64,000 nucleotides of DNA from Myxococcota bacterium (GTDB taxonomy: Bacteria; Myxococcota_A; SURF-8). The notes below the pieces were generated by a model. It made no database searches. It was not told where the DNA came from and saw only the letters and a program-made list of their open reading frames with translations. The position numbers were made by a program, and so were the translations under genes. Below are positions 58,678 through 64,000 of the stretch, one piece after another (the stretch's first letter is position 1; each line of letters begins with the position of its first letter). Location: assembly GCA_963674735.2 (NCBI GenBank), contig CAXXQS010000003.1, positions 1 to 64,000 on the forward strand, written 5' to 3'.

Positions 58678-59686
58678 GATGCGGACCCTGGGTCGCGTGC
58701 ACAATGCCACCGGTGAGATACACGACCAGACGCGCCAGAAAGATCAGGAAACACAGCATCAAGGCGTCGGAGAGCGGCACTCCGAGTTGAACCAACAAGA
58801 AGGTAAGCGTTCCTTCGCGGATTCCTACCCCACCGAGCGAAATAGGAAGAATGGTGATCAGGTTGGCCAGAGGCATGACTAACAGCATCTGCAGCAAGCC
58901 GATTTCCAGCCCTAAAGCCTGAGCTAGGCAAAAGGCTCCCAAGAAGTCACAGAATTGATAGCCGCTGCTGAGAATGAGAGCTTTTGGCCAAGTCCCGGAT
59001 GGAGCCTCGCTTAGCGTGTGTGCGAGCATGAAAGTTCGGTTCCATAAAGCGCTCCACCCATGATGGGTATTGTGTGGTCGAGGCAACCGGCTTGACAGAA
59101 AAAGCAGAGAAGCCAGTGCAAGCAACCCGACTCCCGCGGCAAGAGGAAGGAATATCCGCAAAGAGACTCCGGCCGCTTCAATGGCGGGAATGGGAGTGAA
59201 AAACGACATACAGGCGGCAAGAATCAACAAGCCCGTAAAACCCATAGTGCGTTCGGCAAGAACGGTCATTCCGGCTTTCACGGCCAATTTGGTGCGTGTT
59301 CGCGCGTAGAGCAAGATGCGCAGAGCGTCACTGCCGAACCAGCCCGGCAGGATGATGGCATAGTAACTGGCAGAAAGATATAGGATAAAAGGTTCCAGCC
59401 AGCCTATCGGCAGGCCGAAGGCTTTGAGTAACAAACGCCAGCGTTGCCCCGCGATGAAAAGACCGGTAATGGATAAAAGGGGGGCGATCCAAGCGATGCG
59501 CCAGTTGGTGCGTGCCAACACGTCGCGAGCACGTTCCCAGTCGGTGACATAGATCAAGTACGATACGATCCCGAGCGATACCGCTAGCTTGAGTGCGAAT
59601 AGCAAACGGCCGCGCCAGGGCTTGGGAGCCGGTGCGATGGATGAGGTGGAGGGTTCGATCATCGATGTCTGTTTTTGCGTACTCAA
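58658..59686 (-). CDS. lysylphosphatidylglycerol-synthase-TM / flippase-like (UPF0104) membrane protein
   Basis: K..VS, RW..LL, LPG..G.D..R, ER..G, LPIS.GG.G.RE motifs; about 8 TM helices. Confidence 0.85.
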   Translation of the reverse strand: MSTQKQTSMIEPSTSSIAPAPKPWRGRLLFALKLAVSLGIVSYLIYVTDWERARDVLARTNWRIAWIAPLLSITGLFIAGQRWRLLLKAFGLPIGWLEPFILYLSASYYAIILPGWFGSDALRILLYARTRTKLAVKAGMTVLAERTMGFTGLLILAACMSFFTPIPAIEAAGVSLRIFLPLAAGVGLLALASLLFLSSRLPRPHNTHHGWSALWNRTFMLAHTLSEAPSGTWPKALILSSGYQFCDFLGAFCLAQALGLEIGLLQMLLVMPLANLITILPISLGGVGIREGTLTFLLVQLGVPLSDALMLCFLIFLARLVVYLTGGIVHATQGPHLKPQNP

Positions 59687-59689
59687 ATC

Positions 59690-60913
59690 TTAATCCTGGC
59701 TCTTGTCGCTTTCGGCAGGAGTTACTCGAATCGTCACCTCATCGACGAAGTCGAGAAGCTGACGTCGTGCCGAGTCGTAGCTGTCGGTTTCGGTCGTGAT
59801 CATCATCAGGCGCGCTCCGTCGTGCTCGACTCCTTCCAATTGCACGCCATTGGGACGCAAACGGCGTGAGCTGGTAATGCAATGGCGCTCGAAAGCACCT
59901 TCCGGGATCTCCATATCCGAAAGTGTTCCCCGCTGGTCGGTTGTCAGGAAATAACTGCCATAATAGCTGTTATTACAAGCTTTTGGCGGGTCAGGAAGCT
60001 CTCCCAGAGCAAGGCGAATCGTTGCACCGTACACGTCGTAGTTCCATTTCGAGGGAACGAGTCGGGCCATAATGGCGCCGCCTGCCAGCCGGGGGCCGAT
60101 GTCGATGATACGAGGTTCCCCTTCTTTGTCGATGGCCATGTCGATATGGGTGGGACCCCATTGAATACCCAAACGCCGAATGGCTTCGGCATTGGCTTTG
60201 AGGACGCGCTGCTGGATTTCCGTCGGCAGAGCTGAAGGAAAAAGGACTCCGAGAGTTACGTTTCGGGCAGCCGGGTGGATGAGTTTATCGGCGATCGTCA
60301 TGACATGAACGTGACCGTCGAATACCATCGATTCAACACCCAATATAGGACCATCGATGAATTCCTCGATGACCACTTCCGTCGTGCGGCTATGTCGCCG
60401 GGCACATGAAAACGCTTCGCGAATAAGTGAATGGTCATCGGTGTTTACACGGGATATTCCTTTGCCTCCGCCTCCGTCGGCAGGTTTGAAAGCCAGCGGA
60501 TAAGTTAACGGCGATTGTTTTGCGAGCGCGTCTTCGAAGCTTGTGGCGATCACTCCTTTGGGAGTCAGATCGCCTAATAGACGCCGAAAACGGTCTTTGT
60601 AGACTGCGTTGAGGGAGGCGGCATAGGAAATGAAATGGCGACTGAGAGACAGCTTCTCGGTGACATAGGCGCAGGTGCAAATTGCGGTGCTGGTGCCGCA
60701 GGTGACGAGTCCCCGGATGTCCTCGCGTTTTGCCAGATCAAGTACCGTGTCGTGATCGGCCGTATCGATGGGCAGGAAGAGATCGGCCGCTTCGGCTGCT
60801 GCCGGTTTGGCTTCTCCGGCACCGATTACAATCGCCCGATAGCCCAACTCCTGGGCTTTTTCAACCAGCGGAATCTGATTGTAGGTCGCTCCGAGAATGC
60901 AGATCGATTTCAT
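59690..60913 (-). CDS. ATP-grasp ligase (amino-acid-ligase-like)
   Basis: ILGA...Q, YP...KP.DG.G.KG, EEFIDG, H.D.....IIDIGPRLAGG. Confidence 0.88.
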   Translation of the reverse strand: MKSICILGATYNQIPLVEKAQELGYRAIVIGAGEAKPAAAEAADLFLPIDTADHDTVLDLAKREDIRGLVTCGTSTAICTCAYVTEKLSLSRHFISYAASLNAVYKDRFRRLLGDLTPKGVIATSFEDALAKQSPLTYPLAFKPADGGGGKGISRVNTDDHSLIREAFSCARRHSRTTEVVIEEFIDGPILGVESMVFDGHVHVMTIADKLIHPAARNVTLGVLFPSALPTEIQQRVLKANAEAIRRLGIQWGPTHIDMAIDKEGEPRIIDIGPRLAGGAIMARLVPSKWNYDVYGATIRLALGELPDPPKACNNSYYGSYFLTTDQRGTLSDMEIPEGAFERHCITSSRRLRPNGVQLEGVEHDGARLMMITTETDSYDSARRQLLDFVDEVTIRVTPAESDKSQD

Positions 60914-62034
60914 GGGTGATTACCGTTCAAGCCGGATTCGTTAACAATTTCCATGATTTTATCGGCAGAACAGTCTGCTAAACCGAGGTGTTCAAGCGTG
61001 CGGCCGTCGGCTCGGTAGTCGCGGTTGTGGATACGCCCGGCCAGACGTATCAGCATATCCGCCATCGGAGTCGGGACTCCGAGTTTGCGGCCCAATGAAT
61101 CAATCGGGACAAGTCCTGTCGGCACATCATCGGTGATGTAGCGGTGATCCAGCGTACGTGGGGCCTCGATCGTCCGGTAGTAATCGGTATCCTGCAAGGC
61201 GGTGAAGAGGTCGTTGCCCCGGCTTCCGTAGTTTTCATTCAGCCATTGGCAGGTGGAAATCATCGACAATCCGAGTTTCCGACCCACGGCCATGCGCTCT
61301 CCATCGAGTTCTTCAAGGAGTTGCGCGACGGAGGGTGTGATTCCGTCGTAGTAATACATGAATTGAGTTCGATCGGTCTCGATCCAGCCCATGTTGAGGA
61401 GAGTCGGCAACGGGTGAAGAATGGCTCCCACGCTATTCAAACCGGTTTCCAGGATGTTGGAGGCTTTCTGAAATACCGGTAACAACTCATTCAACGTTGT
61501 CAACACCTCGTCGCTACGAGTGGCCGGGAATGCGGCGAGACGAACAGCCGGTTTGACGCAGATAATGTCTACGATTTCGGCTTCAATGTTGCGGCAGGTG
61601 TGTACGAGCGTATTGGTTTCCGCCAAGGTGATATCGGCGCATAAGCCCGCCGTTAAAAGGGCTCTGTAGAATTCGATCGAGCCGAACAACCTGCCGGGAT
61701 TGAGGAGAAGGATCTGTCCGTCGACGAGATGCGGGGCGCATAACTCGGCAAGCTCCGCATGGGCGTTCGCGGTTACCGTAAGCATGACCAATTCCGCACT
61801 TTCCAGTGCTTTGCGAATATCGCTGGTAACGGTTGCGATACGACCCGTACCCGATACGACACCGGTAAGTTTCAGTTCAGGGTTTTGGTGCAAGCCCGCG
61901 AGACGGGCTTCGCTGCGGTTGTAGAGGGTTATCCGGTGTCCGAGAAGTGCGAGATGACCGGCGAGAGCTTTTCCCCCGTTGCCCCCTCCGATAACGGTAA
62001 TTCTGCGGGTAGAAGTGGAAGTCATGTTGCACAT
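60910..62034 (-). CDS. NAD(P)-dependent opine (octopine/nopaline) dehydrogenase
   Basis: GGGNGG.A.A.HL Rossmann motif, LNPG, AET.TL, ILHP, FMYY.DG.T, D.ER..V, HRY.TDDVP.GL. Confidence 0.9.
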   Translation of the reverse strand: MCNMTSTSTRRITVIGGGNGGKALAGHLALLGHRITLYNRSEARLAGLHQNPELKLTGVVSGTGRIATVTSDIRKALESAELVMLTVTANAHAELAELCAPHLVDGQILLLNPGRLFGSIEFYRALLTAGLCADITLAETNTLVHTCRNIEAEIVDIICVKPAVRLAAFPATRSDEVLTTLNELLPVFQKASNILETGLNSVGAILHPLPTLLNMGWIETDRTQFMYYYDGITPSVAQLLEELDGERMAVGRKLGLSMISTCQWLNENYGSRGNDLFTALQDTDYYRTIEAPRTLDHRYITDDVPTGLVPIDSLGRKLGVPTPMADMLIRLAGRIHNRDYRADGRTLEHLGLADCSADKIMEIVNESGLNGNHP

Positions 62035-63926
62035 GTATCCTTGTCAAATGAACCGTCGTGTTCGCGCATCCTGGCCAGACGATCCAGCCGAGCGGCGACA
62101 TCGAGGGGTTGTCCACGTTCATTCACCAATTCCGTACCGCCGTTGATCAGTCGGCTGTTCCAGTCGACGGCATGTGGGAATGTTTCCCGGCAATTCCATA
62201 GATTGGGAACCGGCAGGTAGCCTTCTTCGAAGATGCGATAAAGGCCCGCTGCTGAATAAGGATCGGGAATTCGGCGCTCGATGTCGTGTAGAATTTCGTG
62301 TGCCTCGGAAAGCAGCTGCTCGCGGCGTTCGGTTACGGTTTCCCCGCTGATGAGATCCCTCAACCCAAGCCGATTCCGCAGAGTCGGATAATGTGTCAAG
62401 GCGGCTTTTGCGATTCGTACGCTTTCGTTGATCACCTTCGGCGTGGCGAGCTGGTCGCCTTCAGAATAACTGACGACATGGAGAATCGGTGGACTGCTCG
62501 GGTTGTCGGGTTCCACGTCCGTCATCAGCGCGGTTGTCGCCGCTAATTGGATTTTTGCCTTGTCGAGATCGGGAGAAAAATAATCCAAACCGGCACGTGG
62601 CTGATAGATGATATGAAAAGACGAATCCGCCAGGCTACCGACTAGAGATAAAAGGGCACGCGCCTTGGCCAGATCGTTGAGCCCCGACGAAGCTTTCGGT
62701 AGATTCAACATGTTTTGCAACACCAGATAACCGACTCCGGCTTTCTTGGCTGTCCTTGCCGCCAAGTAGGAACTTACAAGATAGGTGACATCGTCTGCAC
62801 CGCGAAAGGCGAAATGGTGCGGGACGTTGGGTTCGAAAGGACGTCCACAGCGAGCGATATAGCGGATCGCGGCAAGATGTTCGTCCAGGTTTTGTTTGAC
62901 GGAATTGGGACCCCGGCCGTCGATTTCCGAAAACCACCAGAGTGAGAGTGCGTGCCAGGCGTTATGCAGGCTACGTTCTAAAATTTTGGCCATTTCGACA
63001 ACGTGTTTCGACCCGGAATAGGCGCGCACCAGCATGGGTTGGGCGGCTTTCCAGATCGTTGCAAACTCACGTTCGTCATGGATTGGGGTGCCGCCCCCGT
63101 TGATACGTCCCGCCCAACTCTCGCCGAAGGCCGATTGAGTCAGTTGGGACGAGCCGATGGACGCGATGTCGAGCCAACCTGCTTTTGCAAGTTGTCGGAC
63201 CCAGTCGATAAGGCGTTTCACGGCCTCCAGACGGTTCGATTGATAGGGGCCGACGTGGGCACGGAACAAGGGCAGTCGTCCTGCTTTAGCTGCATGGGTG
63301 AGGCGCAGGATCAAATGGTCGTTGGGGGAGCCCATTTCCGGATAATTCAAGGGTGAAGGCGGTTGTTGGGCTAAGTGAGCCTCGCTGCCTAACAGATCGT
63401 TCCCGAAGTCCATGCGTTCGTTGTCGTATTCAGCGGTGGTTTGAATCGCCTGAGGAATTTTTTCTTCAGGAATTCCGAGCAGACGTAGGGTCTGAAGCGG
63501 AGTTTCATCTCCCATGAAGACCGGAAAACGCCTTTGGAATACCCGTTCGATCCGTCTGCATGCGTCGGGTAACCCAGCGAAATAGAGAGATTTGATTGTG
63601 CCACCCGTTCCGGTGTCCAGCAGCTTTTCGGCGGTGAGTCGCACGACGAAGTGTTCGAAAATCGTTGTTGCTTGATCCGGGTCGAGTCTGTAGCTGATAC
63701 CAAGTCGTGTGATGCCGTGTCGGCGAACCCAATCACACACTTGTGCAAAAGCGAGAGGGGATTCCATGTTTTCGGCTGCGGTAGCAATGGTATTGTCTGC
63801 ACTGTAAACCCGATAGCCGCAATCCTCCAGCAGATCGGCCACGGCACTTAGGCCCAATGTATGCGCGTCCGTGTACGGCTTGATCAGTCCGAAAACGTCC
63901 GTCTGGCCGCAATGGATGTCGGGCAT
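62022..63926 (-). CDS. cobalamin-binding protein: N-terminal B12-binding domain fused to a large mutase-like catalytic domain
   Basis: DAHTLG (DxHxxG) followed by ISY and FAG strands of the B12 Rossmann domain; about 450-aa alpha/beta C-terminal region; no CxxxCxxC. Confidence 0.75.
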   Translation of the reverse strand: MPDIHCGQTDVFGLIKPYTDAHTLGLSAVADLLEDCGYRVYSADNTIATAAENMESPLAFAQVCDWVRRHGITRLGISYRLDPDQATTIFEHFVVRLTAEKLLDTGTGGTIKSLYFAGLPDACRRIERVFQRRFPVFMGDETPLQTLRLLGIPEEKIPQAIQTTAEYDNERMDFGNDLLGSEAHLAQQPPSPLNYPEMGSPNDHLILRLTHAAKAGRLPLFRAHVGPYQSNRLEAVKRLIDWVRQLAKAGWLDIASIGSSQLTQSAFGESWAGRINGGGTPIHDEREFATIWKAAQPMLVRAYSGSKHVVEMAKILERSLHNAWHALSLWWFSEIDGRGPNSVKQNLDEHLAAIRYIARCGRPFEPNVPHHFAFRGADDVTYLVSSYLAARTAKKAGVGYLVLQNMLNLPKASSGLNDLAKARALLSLVGSLADSSFHIIYQPRAGLDYFSPDLDKAKIQLAATTALMTDVEPDNPSSPPILHVVSYSEGDQLATPKVINESVRIAKAALTHYPTLRNRLGLRDLISGETVTERREQLLSEAHEILHDIERRIPDPYSAAGLYRIFEEGYLPVPNLWNCRETFPHAVDWNSRLINGGTELVNERGQPLDVAARLDRLARMREHDGSFDKDTCAT

Positions 63927-63927
63927 C

Positions 63928-63999
63928 TCAATCGAGCTCTTTGGTGCGAATCGTTCCGGTGGGCATGCGGCGGACTTCGAAAAGAATTCGGATGAGATA
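63928..63999 (-). CDS. partial: C-terminal 23 aa of a probable GtrB/ArnC-like polyprenol-phosphate glycosyltransferase (continues beyond the window)
   Basis: Frame reads YLIRILFEVRRMPTGTIRTKELD-stop, resembling the EY(I/L).RI..E...RP...I tail; stop is 1 nt before the next ATG. Confidence 0.55.
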   Translation of the reverse strand, partial: YLIRILFEVRRMPTGTIRTKELD

Positions 64000-64000
64000 T

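Noticed and set aside
59690-62034. Staphylopine/pseudopaline-type metallophore cluster
   Set aside because: No nicotianamine-synthase-like gene, exporter or metal receptor in view; the neighbours are sugar and flippase genes

Overview
A gene-dense chromosomal window from a Gram-negative, probably anaerobic or facultative Myxococcota/deltaproteobacterium-like organism. This assignment is inferred from the Cys-rich, Asp-Gly-Asp-repeat lipoproteins, tandem PilZ, TSP3-OmpA, KorAB and PPi-PFK. I found about 47 CDSs and no rRNA, tRNA, CRISPR array, transposase or integrase. Housekeeping genes (degP, ruvX-mltG, pfp, rmuC, rrf2-iscS-iscU-korAB, mreBCD, LPS glycosyltransferases, hbd, htpG) alternate with large surface lipoproteins. 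The best candidate for an undescribed system is at 54.4-64 kb. There, a GtrB/ArnC-like glycosyltransferase (only its C-terminus is in the window), a single-chain B12-binding mutase-like protein, an opine dehydrogenase, an ATP-grasp ligase and a flippase-like protein converge on an SGNH hydrolase, a polytopic GT-C-like (DUF6044-like) protein and WecE. This suggests a B12-dependent route to an opine-acylated amino sugar that is transferred to the envelope on a lipid carrier. Other notable points are an IscS whose PLP Schiff-base lysine is Asn, next to a Cys-free Rrf2 regulator; a lipoprotein with two circularly permuted copies of one uncharacterised domain; a 172-nt intergenic rod hairpin; a structured korA leader; a likely ATA start codon; and a RelA/SpoT-like orphan upstream of mreB. 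Family assignments come from motif recognition only; no searches were run.
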